In this document: piece after piece, positions 1 through 13,016 of the stretch
How the letters are laid out: the number at the start of each line of letters is the position of its first letter
Numbering within the stretch: position 1 is the stretch's first letter
From: Eledone cirrhosa
Lineage: Eukaryota
NCBI GenBank assembly: GCA_964016885.1
Contig: OZ024743.1
Span: 42,098,001-42,162,000, forward strand
Direction: 5' to 3'
DNA length: 64,000 nt
Translations under genes and position numbers: made by a program
The notes under the pieces: generated by a model
The model's database searches: none
What the model saw: the letters and a program-made list of their open reading frames with translations, nothing else
Told to the model about the DNA's origin: nothing

Positions 1-36
1 CTGATGATCCGACTGAGGTGAAACATTTGTTCTCGG
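1..36 (+). ncRNA. Type I hammerhead ribozyme motif (family A), 5' stem I cut off by window edge
   Basis: CTGATGA-T-CC gactga GG-T-GAAA-CATTTG-TT-CTCGG; homologous to copies at 23274 and 44998. Confidence 0.7.
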
Positions 37-131
37 AAATGGTGAATTAACTGTTGTGGAAGTACTTATATATATATATTAAAAGTGACAAAGGAGCCGT
101 GTGCTTACTAATAAATATTTAGAACCGAGTT

Positions 132-838
132 GGCGGTGGATTGGCAGTATCGGTAGAGGGTCGGAAGCCATGCTTTCCAGTATAATTACGACCCTTAACG
201 ATCTGAGTTCAAATCCCGCTGAGGTTGACTTTACCTTTCATCATTACGGAGTCGATAAAATAAAGTACCAGTAATGCACTAGTTAATGGCTGGCCTTGTG
301 CCAAAAAGTAGACACAATTATTTAGAACTTAGTTCAAATCCCGCCGAGGTCAACTTTGCCTTTCATCCTTACGGGGCCGATAAAATAAAGTACCAGTAAT
401 GTACTAGGGGCCTAGTGCCAAAAGTAGAAACAATTATTTAGAAGACGGTGGATTGGCAGTACCGGTAGAAGTGTCTGGCGCTATGCTTTGCAGCAAAGAG
501 TTACGGCCCTTTATGGTTTGAGTTCAAATCCCACCGAGGTTAACTTTGCTTTTCATCCTTACGGGGTCGATAACATGAGGTACCAGTGATACTCTGAGCT
601 AATTGCTGGCCTTGTGCCAAAAGTAGAAGCAATTATTTAGAAGACGTGGTATTTGCGGTATCGGTAGAAGGGTCTGACGCCATGCTTGGCAGCAAAGAGT
701 TACGGCCCTTTATGTTCTGCGTTCAAATCCCACCCAGGTTAACTTTGCCTTTCATTCTTACGGGTCTATAAAATAAAGTACCAGTAATGCACTGGAATAA
801 TTGCTGACTTTGTGCCAAAAGAAGAAACAATTATTTAG
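132..838 (+). mobile_element. Tandem array of about 4 octopod tRNA-derived SINE copies
   Basis: Repeated ggcggtggattggcagtatcggtag (A-box-like) ... gagttcaaatccc (B-box) ... tttgcctttcatccttacggggtcgataaaataaagtaccagt ... gtgccaaaagtagaaacaattatt. Confidence 0.9.
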
Positions 839-865
839 AAGACGTAAGTGAAACACTAACATAAG

Positions 866-1138
866 GACAATTCCTGCTGTGGGTCGCTGGTGTTTCGACG
901 CATTGAAGACAGTACCGCAATTTACATGTACTACTGTCCCGTATTTCCCCCTCTTTATCGGTACATTGTTCTTCTGTTTATGTTTTTTTATGTCGTTTTC
1001 TTCGCTCTCGTTTCGGCGTAATTGTTGTTTTCTACCCTGATTTCTATTGCTATTAGTTATCAACACACTGTAATGAAATGTTCTGTCTTTAATCGTCGAA
1101 ACGTCAGCTATCCACAAAAGACGAGCGGGTATTGTCCT
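866..1138. repeat. Inverted repeat pair containing the 3' half of a hammerhead (GAAA-CG-TC)
   Basis: gtgggtcgctggtgtttcgacgcattgaagacag (~878-911) is the approximate reverse complement of ctgtctttaatcgtcgaaacgtcagctatccac (~1083-1115). Confidence 0.55.
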
Positions 1139-1485
1139 GTTTGTTTCTCTTACGGTTTCTAAATAATATATCTCTCTATATTTATATATATGAATCTATA
1201 TAAAGTATGTTTGATAATATACTGTATGTTTATTTCAAAACGTTTTGAAGTCCATTCGCTATGAATGTTAATGGAGTGACTACGTCGCATACATAGTCTC
1301 GGCAAAAGCAAAGAGAAGAAATCGACGGTAGTACCGTATTTCGTTGATAAACTGCTGTCGTGCGATTATATTGGCGCGATGTTCTAAAAGTAAAGTGGTT
1401 ACAAGTTCGATTCTTACCATCTATATACTGGAATGCAAGAAATAGTAATGCATATATATACATACATATAAAAAAAGTCTTACTT

Positions 1486-1639
1486 TAGTCCAGAAATAGC
1501 CGACGAAACGGCTTGAGCTCTGTCGTCGGGGTCATATTTTCTCCTATTACCCACTATTATATTTTCTCCTATTACCCTAAGTATTGAGTACTCTAGTGCG
1601 TTATGGTCCATCTGGTTCCTTACCACAACTCCTTCGTTA
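1486..1639 (+). repeat. Dispersed PLE-terminus-like repeat with hammerhead 3' half (GAAA-CGGC..GCCG-TC-GGGG)
   Basis: Same sequence at 23763-23810 (-), 25339-25418 and 33957-34115. Confidence 0.65.
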
Positions 1640-1652
1640 CATACATATATAT

Positions 1653-1742
<90 letters not shown>

Positions 1743-1747
1743 GTATA

Positions 1748-1831
<84 letters not shown>

Positions 1832-2044
1832 CACATATATATATACATATATATATGTATATATATATAAAAATGTTTTGTTCGCATGCCAACACAAGAG
1901 CAAGAATAAAGTGTTCATTCTACTGACATGGTTATAAAATTGAGGCTTGTATGCAAAATTGCAAACGAATCGAATGCACTGGGTAATTGCTGGCCTTGTG
2001 CCTAAAGTAGAAACAATTATTAATATTTGAAAAACTCACATTAC

Positions 2045-2114
<70 letters not shown>

Positions 2115-2133
2115 GTATATATATGTCTGTATG

Positions 2134-2191
<58 letters not shown>

Positions 2192-2208
2192 ATATAGAGA
2201 AACACACA

Positions 2209-2240
<32 letters not shown>
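1640..2240. repeat. Compound (CA)n/(AT)n microsatellite block with a small SINE tail fragment (~1975-2020)
   Basis: Direct inspection. Confidence 0.9.
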
Positions 2241-2245
<5 letters not shown>

Positions 2246-2481
2246 ATATAGAGAAATACACAGATACATGCGGACGCACACATATACATGAATATATCCA
2301 CATCCATCCCTGAGTTAATGGTGCCAACCTTAACCGATGTTGCTCTATGAATAACTGAGACAAACCAATCCGAATGGATTAGACTGAACCAGTATCAGAG
2401 CTATAAAGTACATTATGAAGAGAGAAGAAACATTAGATATAATTAGTAATAAGATGTATCATACCTAAACTGCTTCTAAAT

Positions 2482-2571
2482 TCCTCGACTACGTAGTTTC
2501 GCGGCATAATCAAAAACAATACATCACTGAGATATAGAATTCTTGTGAGGTCTGCCGACTTATCAAGAGGA
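2482..2571 (-). ncRNA. Type I hammerhead, U3-A8 core variant, long stem II (family B)
   Basis: Reverse complement of the 2807-2896 motif with all core positions identical. Confidence 0.75.
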
Positions 2572-2806
2572 TACCTCATTAAGGGTTTCAAAAACACGTC
2601 TGTAAGATGCGAGATAGAATCCCAAAAGGCGGAGGGGGAGTCAATCACGTGATACAGCGGTCAAGAAACACCTCCGTGGTATTTTTTTCAGGGTTGAGGC
2701 TTAGCTCTGTTTCTTGACCGCTGTATCACGTGATTGACTCCCTCTCCGCCTTTTGGGATTCTATCTCGCATCTTACAGACGTGTTTTTGAAACCCTTAAT
2801 GAGGTA

Positions 2807-2896
2807 TCCTCTTGATAAGTCGGCAGACCTCACAAGAATTCTATATCTCTGTGATGTATTGTTTCTGATTATGCCGCGAAACTACGTAGTCGAGGA
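2807..2896 (+). ncRNA. Type I hammerhead, U3-A8 core variant, long stem II (family B)
   Basis: TCCTC-[TTGATAA]-G-t-CGGCA..46 nt..TGCCG-C-GAAA-CTACGTAG-TC|GAGGA: stem I 5 bp, palindromic stem III, GUC site. Confidence 0.75.
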
Positions 2897-3373
2897 ATTT
2901 AGAAGCAGTTTAGGTATGATACATTCTTATTACTAATTATATCTAATGTTTCTTCTCTCTTCATAATGTACTTTATAGCTCTGATACTGGTTCAGTTTAA
3001 TCCATTCGGATTGGTTTGTCCCAGCTATTCATAGAGCAACATTGGTTAAGGTTGGCACCATTAATTCAGGGATGGATGTGGATATATTCAAGTATATGTG
3101 TGTGTCCGCATGTATCTGTGTGTTTCTCTATATATTGTTTATAACTCCCTTTGATCGAGTAACCATTGAAGTGTAGTGACTGCTGGAAAGCTACCATTAC
3201 TCATACTTCTTGCCTTCTTAAATACCCCCTCCGTTTCCGTGGTATTTTTTTCAGGGTTATAAGAGGCTTAGCTCTGTTTCTTGACCGCTGTATCACGTGA
3301 TTGACTCCCCCTCCGCCTTTTGGGATTCTATCTCGCATCTTACAGACGTGTTTTTGAAACCCTTAATGAGGTA

Positions 3374-3463
3374 TCCTCTTAATAAGTCGGCAGACCTCAC
3401 AAGAATTCTATATTTCTGTGATGTATTGTTTTTGATTATGCCACGAAACTACATAGTCGAGGA
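3374..3463 (+). ncRNA. Degenerate family B hammerhead (G5 to A, stem II and III mismatches)
   Basis: TCCTC-TTAATAA-GTCGGCA...TGCCAC-GAAA-CTACATAG-TC-GAGGA. Confidence 0.6.
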
Positions 3464-3535
3464 ATTTAGAAACAGTTTAGGTATGATACATCTTATTACT
3501 AATTATATCTAATGTTTTTTCTCTCTTCATAATGT

Positions 3536-3604
<69 letters not shown>

Positions 3605-3949
3605 CACACACCGACCTACACCCCACTCCACGCACACACCTATTACTGAACTGGGAACCTCGTTCTTCCCCCAACTCTCACATTCACACACACACACTAA
3701 CAAACACACGTGCACCTACACACATACACACACACCACCTTCAGCCCAACTCGTTCGGAGCCCCGCCTCCATCTCTCTAGTCCACCCGCAACCACCCCTA
3801 CACGCCTCAGACCCTTCCACCACTGGTTTATCTTTATGTTTAATTTTACCTTTCTTTATACGCCTTCCACAGACTCCATCCCCTTTTATTCTAAATGTCT
3901 CTCCACCACTCCCCCACACACCCTAGGAACTCTCTTCCTTCAAACTTTT

Positions 3950-3983
3950 CTCCTGATGAAGGACTTATGACCGAAATGTCGGG
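3950..3983 (+). ncRNA. Minimal type I hammerhead at a PLE-like 3' end
   Basis: CTC-CTGATGA-A-GG acttatga CC-GAAA-TG-TC|GGG; AATAAA at ~4010 followed by a T-rich tail. Confidence 0.6.
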
Positions 3984-4062
3984 CGCCACCCCCTCAAGAT
4001 CGTGAATCTAATAAACTTTTATTTGTACTGCCTCTCTGTTTTGTTCCCGTTCAAGTTTTCAC

Positions 4063-4900
<838 letters not shown>

Positions 4901-4915
4901 GGGTATGTATCATTA

Positions 4916-5946
4916 TCTATAAAAGGCAGATTGTTGTTGTCCTGTGTGTGTGTGTGTGTGTGTGTGCCTGTTCCATGTTTATACATTTGCAGAATTTCAA
5001 ACCGATTCGACTTAATGTCTGTAAGAATGCTGTAAATGGACTAACTAAGGCCAACGACTATTTATTTCATTCAAACTCACCCAGAATTATGGAAATAATC
5101 GATAAAACTAAATACATGACGCTTTAACCCTCTAATAGAATATGATTACCTCTCTCTACTCCTCTTAAAATTCAATAAAACTATATACATGCTTACAAAC
5201 TTCCTTTAGGAACGCCGAAGAGATAGTGAAAGAAGAGAGGGAGAGGGAGAGAGAGAGAGAACGTTTGATTTTGAGTGTGGAACGGTCAAACATTTATTTA
5301 CTTCAATGACAAAGAGAACTTATGACATTTCATACGAAATAACAATTATTCAAAAGCAACAGATAAAATTTATTCCACAACAACAAAAATAGCGATAAAT
5401 CTTTTTTAAAACCTCTCAACGAACGTGGAAGAAAGAAGTATCAGTTTATTTACTATACACATTAATATACTCTATGAGGTCACTAAACCTGCTAGAAACA
5501 GCATCTAACTCTCCATCCTATCACGCCACTCCCTACTGTCTTAAATTTAGAAAACACATATCATCTATGAGGTCAATACACCTGCTAGAAACAGCAGCTA
5601 ATTCTCCCCCATATCACACCCCTCCCTACTGTCTTAAATTTAGAAAACATACATTAGACAACCATGCAGAACAACTCCATCGCAGCTCTGTTGTTCGGCT
5701 GGCATCCTCTACGGGCGTGTTGCGCAAGTACCGTGAAAAAATAAATTTCAACACTTCTTTGCACAGAGATAGTATCCATTGGCGAAACTACAATTGTCAC
5801 TGCTGGCGCAGCTCCTGCTTCGCCAGTCCAGGTCTGCAATCCATTCACCCAGTGCCTGGCAGACAAAAAAGTGCTGCCATAAAATGGGTGGTGCAACCTA
5901 ACTTTGGTAACTTACTGACCCCGAGCAACTCCGGGCTTAATGCTAG
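4916..5946 (+). mobile_element. Non-autonomous Helitron
   Basis: 5' A|TCTATAAAAGGC followed by (GT)n; 3' hairpin cccgagcaactccggg then CTAG|T; internal ~93 bp tandem duplication at 5472-5651. Confidence 0.65.
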
Positions 5947-6186
5947 TATATATATATATGTATGTGTATGTATATATGTATGTATATATATATATGTATA
6001 TATATATGTATGTATGTATATGTATGTATGTATGTATATATATGTAGGTATGTATGTATATATATGTATGTATGTATATGTATATATAAGTATGTGTGTA
6101 TGTATATGTATGTATGTATATATATGTATGTAGGTATATCTATGTATGTATATATATATATATGTATGTATATATATATATGTATG

Positions 6187-6219
<33 letters not shown>

Positions 6220-6257
6220 GTATATATATATATATATATATATATGTATGCATATAT

Positions 6258-6853
6258 GTCAGGTCACCAGTTGGTGCTACTGGTATCCTGTATCCCAGTA
6301 CAATCTCTCTCTTGGTCGGGTTGTTGGCGACTAAACTGGCAACCCCACCAAGGTTTCTTGGTGTGGAGGGTGACTTTGGACATCCTGCAGGACCAAACAC
6401 AAAACTTGTCAAAGTGCAAAGGAGCTCTTAAGTGTCAATGGACATCCAAAATCACCCATTAGCCTTTGTCAAGGCAGAATTCCAGGAGAAGGAAAACTCT
6501 GATATAACACCAGCAACTCAGATGGTAACCAATGATGTTGACTTGTTCTTCTTTTTGGTAAATATCATGTTGGTTACGAGAGTGGGACGGGCTTTGTGTA
6601 GTGCCTTTGCTCACTATAAAAGCTTCACGGCACAGGTATTGCTTTGTATCTGGAGTTCTCTCTGCACTTGTCATATGGTACCATGGGCCCAGCACTATGT
6701 GTCCCAATAATTGTCACAAGTGTAGTGTTTGTACCAGAGTTTCAAAGTCGCTGGCTGGACTTAAACGTCACACTCGTTCAGCGCATCGGTAGGGGTTCTG
6801 CTACATGGATATAAAGTAATGGCCGTACTCGAAAACGAGTTGGCAGCCACCAT
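6258..6853 (+). mobile_element. RTE-type LINE 3' end or RTE-derived non-autonomous element
   Basis: Encodes terminal zinc-finger-like CSVCTRVSKSLAGLKRHTRSAH; RTE-like 3' end gtactcgaaaacgagttggcagccaccat; inverted copy at 7712-8106. Confidence 0.6.
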
Positions 6854-6854
6854 A

Positions 6855-7370
6855 TACGTATACATACTTACATTTAAGTGCCAGCCGTACTAAGAGTGAG
6901 AAATGAAATTTCGTTTCATTATTTTCCATTTATCGTTTTCGGTGCGCCCGGCCGTCTAACTCACTCGGTATCCAAATTAGGCTGCTCAGCCGTTAATATG
7001 CATAAGGAAAGTATATACTTTCAGACGTTCAATCATCTGATAGAAAGGTATACGATGCTGACGATAGCTAATAAGCTTGAAACTAGTACATCGTTCCTGT
7101 GTCAGTGTTGAACAAAAAGGTGACGATGGTTGCTTAAACACTGTACGGCGTAATTCGGGCTGTTTGTTTACAAACAAACCGAGCATTATAATAAATGTTC
7201 GGTAAACTCATACTTACATATATATATATGTGTGCATGTATGTATATATATACATACTACTGTACGTCTGTATACATATATGTATGTACGTATACATACA
7301 TACTTATATTTAAGCACCAGCCGTACTAAGAGTGAGAAATGAAATTTCGTTTCATTATTTTCCATTTATA
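6855..7370 (+). mobile_element. Non-coding pseudo-LTR-like unit with terminal direct repeat (6855-6932 / ~7290-7370) and an intact HHR
   Basis: catacatacttacatttaagtgccagccgtactaagagtgagaaatgaaatttcgtttcattattttccatttat occurs twice; internal HHR at 7052. Confidence 0.7.
7052..7094 (+). ncRNA. Intact minimal type I hammerhead ribozyme (family C)
   Basis: ACGATG-CTGACGA-T-AGCT aata AGCT-T-GAAA-CTAG-TA|CATCGT: 6 bp stem I, full core, palindromic stem III, GUA site. Confidence 0.88.
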
Positions 7371-7391
7371 TATATATATATATAGATATAG

Positions 7392-7425
<34 letters not shown>

Positions 7426-7646
7426 CACTGTGTGTATGTGTGTGTGCGTGTATATATTTATATGCATATATGTATAAATACTCAATAGCGTAGTACAGTT
7501 TAGTATTCATTTTATCAAGGCTAATTAGTCAGTCTTGTTACGCTGGGGATTCGCCAGTCTATCACAGTGACATCAGACAAGATTTCTTGTCTGGTGATCC
7601 TGTGGGAAACAGGTGAATCTCCAGCGTAACGAGACAGAAAATGAAC

Positions 7647-7711
<65 letters not shown>

Positions 7712-7714
<3 letters not shown>

Positions 7715-8106
7715 TGGCTGCCAACTCGTTTTCAAGTACGGTCACTACTTTATATCCATGTAGGAGAACCCCCACCGATGCGCTGAACAAGTGTGACTTC
7801 TTAGTCCAGCCAGCGACTTGAAAACTCTGGTACAAACACTACACTTGTGACAATTATTGACACATGGTGCTGGGACAATGGTACCATGTGATGACAAGTG
7901 CAGAGAGATCTCCAGATATAAAGCAATGCCTGTGCCGTGAAGCTTTTATAGTGAGCAAAGGCACTGCACAAAGCCAGTCCCACTCTCTTAACCAAGATGA
8001 TATTTACCAAAAAGAAGAACAAGTCAACATCATTGGATACCATCAGAGTTGGAGGTGTTATATCAGAGTTTTCCTCCTCCTAGAATTCTGCCTTGACAAA
8101 GGCTAA
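7712..8106 (-). mobile_element. Second copy of the RTE-like 3' end element
   Basis: Reverse complement of ~6455-6853. Confidence 0.65.
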
Positions 8107-8166
8107 GGGGTCATCTCTCCCGGGCTAAGAGGTCATCTCTCCCGGGCTAAGGGGTCATCTCTCCCG
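8101..8166. repeat. 3 x 22 bp tandem repeat
   Basis: ggctaaggggtcatctctcccg three times at the truncation point of the 7712-8106 element. Confidence 0.9.
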
Positions 8167-8207
8167 TATGTGTACATGTGTATATATATATATATATACA
8201 CATACAA

Positions 8208-8260
<53 letters not shown>

Positions 8261-9583
8261 GTTACAACACTGACATCAATAAATAAACTATTAAATAAAT
8301 AAATAAATAAATAAATATATATATATATATATATATATAGTAAATAAAGTTACAATATTTATTAATACAAATACAAATATATTTGGTTATTATTTGAACA
8401 ATGACATTTAGATTTAATTTAATGATTTGTATTTTCATTAGACCTATTTCTAAATGTTGAGCCAACTAACATTACATCCAATATAATTTCCAACAAAAGC
8501 TTTTCAAGTATGGGTATCGAATACGCAGACAACCTAAATATATATTTTTGCGTTGAAGTCGTTTGCAAATTACAATCTATTCTCAAGTTAATGATATCAT
8601 GTAAATCATTGTAATGTGTCTCAATAAATAACCAGCCCAAATTTTTAGTACAATCTGTTTACCTTTAACTGTAAAATCATTCATATATACAATCTTTCAA
8701 TGTATATACATTATTCATTATATGTATATTGAATGTTTGGGGGGCATTAATATTTTCTGAAACGAACTTTCTAAACGGCCTCGTACTCTGCGTAAATTCA
8801 CCTATTCATTGCGATATATTCAGTATAAGGTCAACGCACTAAACATCAAACACATTGTTATTCCAACGCAATCTAGTGTTATCGTATATAATCTAAATTA
8901 ACAACATTTATATTTTTCGTGTTGTTTCTCTTTATGATTGAATATACAAAATCTGAATTTCTGATTATTATTTTATCCTTATCAAACATGTAAATAACAT
9001 TTCCGCCTTCACCAGAGAAATTGTTATTCTCATCATTTTATAATTACATTTCATTATATATTTATTTTCTATTAAATTGTTTACCGCTTCGATAGTATTT
9101 TTCAATTTATTTTCTACATTTTAACTAAGAAAGTATTCATTCCAACGTAATTATTTCGTTTTAAACATTATTAATTAACACATATCTAGAATTGTTTTAC
9201 CTATTTTCCGTTTACATATTATGCTGATGCGTTATTTAATTAAATTCTATAATCCAAATTTACGGAACAAAGCATTTTAATTCTAAAGATGTCTGTAATA
9301 CAAAAGAATATTTCTTTTTGTCTCACTAGATAAGGCCTCATTAATTTCCTAGTAGTTTATATATTTTTTCTGTGTATTTTATAATATATGCGTGGTTCAA
9401 TTCCTGCAGGTATATCAATCAAAGCTTTTCCATTTCTAGGAGTAATTTTTCTGACTTACTCCATTAATTAATATGTGTCGCAAAACATATATTTCAAGAA
9501 AAACTTCTCTGTGCTAATAAAGTTGGCGGGTATTATATATATGTGAATATATATAAGATATAACAAGATATTATTTACTATCT

Positions 9584-9673
<90 letters not shown>

Positions 9674-9681
9674 ACAGTCTC

Positions 9682-10310
9682 CCAGAGGTATATGATTTTT
9701 AAAGCGATGAAATACCAATGAAAGTTGGAAGATCACTGATGAAGGACTAATTTTATTCATATGTAACCCATGTGCAACCACGCAGCACTCCATTTTTTTT
9801 ATATTTATATTATTTCCTCAGCTGCCACTGTCTGTTTTTTACTTACTGCTTCCCCTCTCTATGTATCTCCCACCTTCTTTTTACTCGCTCTGCCCGTCAC
9901 ACACTCTCTCGGCTGGCCTCTGCCTCAGACTTCCACTCACTCAGTCTCTGCTTCTCCCCCTCTCTCAATTCCTCCTGTTTGACCTGTGTGAAATCCTTTT
10001 CTCGCTCACATCTCACCCATGTCGGATGATCTGTACGTCTCGTCCATGAATTCACCAAGCTTAAGCTTAAAGATATCATGTACTTGTCTCTTCCTATCTT
10101 TCCGTTGCAATACCATCGTTGTTTGTTTACATGTCTCGCTCGTTTCACCCTATTTTACTTGTCCCAATAACTTTATTTAGTTATTGCTCGCACCAACCAG
10201 AGGTATATTATTTTTAAAGCGATGAAATACCAATGAAAGTTGGAAGATCACTGATGAAGGACTAATTTTATTCATATGTAACCCATGTGCAACCACGTAG
10301 CACTCCATTT
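9682..10310. repeat. Direct repeat pair of ~113 bp (9682-9795, 10197-10310) flanking a pyrimidine-rich spacer
   Basis: ccagaggtatat..ttaaagcgatgaaataccaatgaaagttggaagatcactgatgaagg..gcactccatttt occurs twice. Confidence 0.85.
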
Positions 10311-10549
10311 TACTTATATATATATATATATATATATATGCAGAATAGGACAAAGAGAATGGAAAAATCAGAAAACATCGGAAAGACCGACAGTCCCATC
10401 TGATCAGTCAACTTCTGGAAAAAAAACTACGGTTTCGGTGAATTACTGTTGACATTGTTCATTCCAGTGCACATATGGGAATAAGATAACATGTACAGTT
10501 GATATATGCCTTGAGGTGAATTACACAAATATAAACGAAAACGTACCCC

Positions 10550-11345
10550 TAGTGCATCAACTGACCCAAACTGACCCAAAATATAGAAAGAAGGGACATA
10601 TTAAAACAGAAGAGAATAAGAAGGATTGTTGTCTAGCGCACAGACAAAGAAGAATGATACTGAGGGGCATAAAAGGTAAGAATAGAGAATAGGGGAAGAC
10701 AAACAGGGTGACATGATGTCTAATGTATCTTCTTCTTTGTTTTCCTTATCATATTGCAGCTGAGCTGGTGATCTTATTCCCGCCAGTCAGAAATCTGATA
10801 GTTTGTCAAACCTGCGAAGACTAGGTTCATTTAGAGGCGGCCTTTACTCACCTCTGAGTAGCTATGTCAATGGGTTGTGAGAGTTTTCTTGGGAACCGCC
10901 GGTGTCGTCCATTGCTCAATCTCCCCTAATAGTTTACCGCTGTTTGTCGGCGGTTGCCTAATTGTCCAGCATTTGCTCGCTTATGTCGCAACTAACCATC
11001 ATATTCTGGTGACCGTATCGCTATCCGCCAACTGCGATCCGTTCCCTAGCAGAACAGTTTAAAAGAGAGCCCGCATGACCAAGTCTTTAGAATATGAATT
11101 CAAAATATGGAGCGAACGGTAGAAAGACAATGAAAGAATAAACATCTCAAGTGCATCAACTGATATATATAGAGAGAACGGTGGGCAAGTGCTTAGACAT
11201 AGGAGAAAACATATAGAAAGAGAGGAATAATGGAACCGAAGAGAATAATAAGGTCAGCAGTCCAGCCTGAGAGAAAAAAAAGTATATCACTGAGGTGCAG
11301 AAAAGGTAAGAAGAGAGAAGAGAGGAAGATATACTGGGTGGTGTT
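10550..11345. repeat. Diverged direct repeat pair (~10550-10712, ~11150-11342)
   Basis: Shared gtgcatcaactga, atatagaaaga, gaagagaataa, ctgagg..aaaaggtaagaa..gaga..gggtg blocks. Confidence 0.55.
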
Positions 11346-11463
11346 TTGCCTATGATAATTTAAATGAAAACGTGCATTTCCGGGATCATGTATTAAAAAA
11401 GGGGGTCCACAGGACAAAGATAATGGAAGAAACAACTAAAAGATGGACAGTTCAATCTCCTCA

Positions 11464-11537
<74 letters not shown>

Positions 11538-11684
11538 TATGAGTGGGAGTATATAACTATATATATATAGTATATATATTTATTTATATACTCCCACTCA
11601 TATATATGTATATATATATATATATATATACATATATATGAGTGGGAGTATATAAATATATATGTATATATATATATATATGTA

Positions 11685-11745
<61 letters not shown>

Positions 11746-12619
11746 GTGTGTATATATATATATATATTTAGTTATATATGAGGGGGAGTGTGTGTGTGTC
11801 AATATGTATCTTGGTTTGGCGCGGGCCCGGAAGTTTGCCTACGTTGTCTACGGCATCTTGCGGACATCATTAATTGATGTGACGGAAAAAAATATACCTA
11901 AGGAAAAATTTATTTTTATTATAAGATTGATGGCATTACTTAATTGCGAAAGAATTCATGGAGATATTTACAAATAGGTGGTTATATTAATTTACAATAA
12001 TGTGTTTAAGTGTTGCTAAATAGAAAGTAAATAAGTAAATGGATCATAAATGAATGAGGAGAAAGTTGGAAGTTAAGTAGTGCCGTGAAGAATAAAAAAT
12101 ACAAAACTATAAAAAAAAGAATAAAAGATTGAACGAATATTGAGGGTTATGTAATGGAATGTGAAGTATGATATTTGGATAGTAATGTTCTATAACGGAA
12201 GAAAGAATTAACAAGGAAATATGATAATTCAAAAAAAGGAATAAATACATAAGGAACTTAAACGGGTACAAGAAAAGATCGAGAACAAAGAATGTAGAAC
12301 AGAGAAAAGAAAAGAGGTAAAAACAGAAATCTTTAAGGAATAGAATGCTGAAATATATACATTACATGGAGAAGATTATTTATGAACAGAAAATGCAATA
12401 TATATCCAGAGAAATAATGGATTTTTGGTATTAATATTTGGTAGATGCCAGAAATAAATCTTTGAGTTTTTTTCTTAAAATCCCTGACATTGTAAAATAT
12501 ATAATTGGTATCAGCGTTGATACTAATCGGTAAATGTTCATTGTATTTATAACGCTGAGTCAACTATTTAATATTTACTTAATTAACCAATCTACACATA
12601 TTATGCCCCTATGTATCGA

Positions 12620-12655
<36 letters not shown>

Positions 12656-12680
12656 CCACCCACACACGCACACACACACA

Positions 12681-12755
<75 letters not shown>

Positions 12756-13016
12756 CATTAAAAGATAGTCCTACTCTTATTACAACGGAAGGAAAACAAA
12801 TCCAAACTTACGAATATAGAATTAAATGTACGACACATTCATTTTCTGTATAATTTGGTTTTTAAGTGTATCTCGCTGTTTTCCTCATGTATTGTACGAC
12901 GAAATTGCCGTACATTGAACTCTATATACGTATGTTGTTGTTTTTTTCATCTTAATAGTTCACTGACAGTACCCAACTGCTTTGGCAGGCTCTCTGATCC
13001 CGTACGTAACGAGACT

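Larger units (their letters stand above)
2241..3540. mobile_element. Non-coding fold-back plus tandem repeat unit (PLE pseudo-LTR / retrozyme-like) carrying three HHR copies
   Basis: Arms 2241-2670 and 2708-3138 are near-perfect reverse complements; third, direct copy at ~3235-3540. Confidence 0.85.

Noticed and set aside
132-838. tRNA genes or a CRISPR-like array
   Set aside because: A/B boxes belong to SINE heads with no cloverleaf, there are no unique spacers, and the context is eukaryotic.
2433-3512. Three copies of a ~70 aa ORF (MIDSPSAFWDS..)
   Set aside because: GTG start, no recognisable domain, and repeated only because the HHR-bearing DNA unit is repeated.
9736-9790. CTGATGAAGG as a hammerhead (also at 10250)
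   Set aside because: No downstream stem II/GAAA/UH arrangement.
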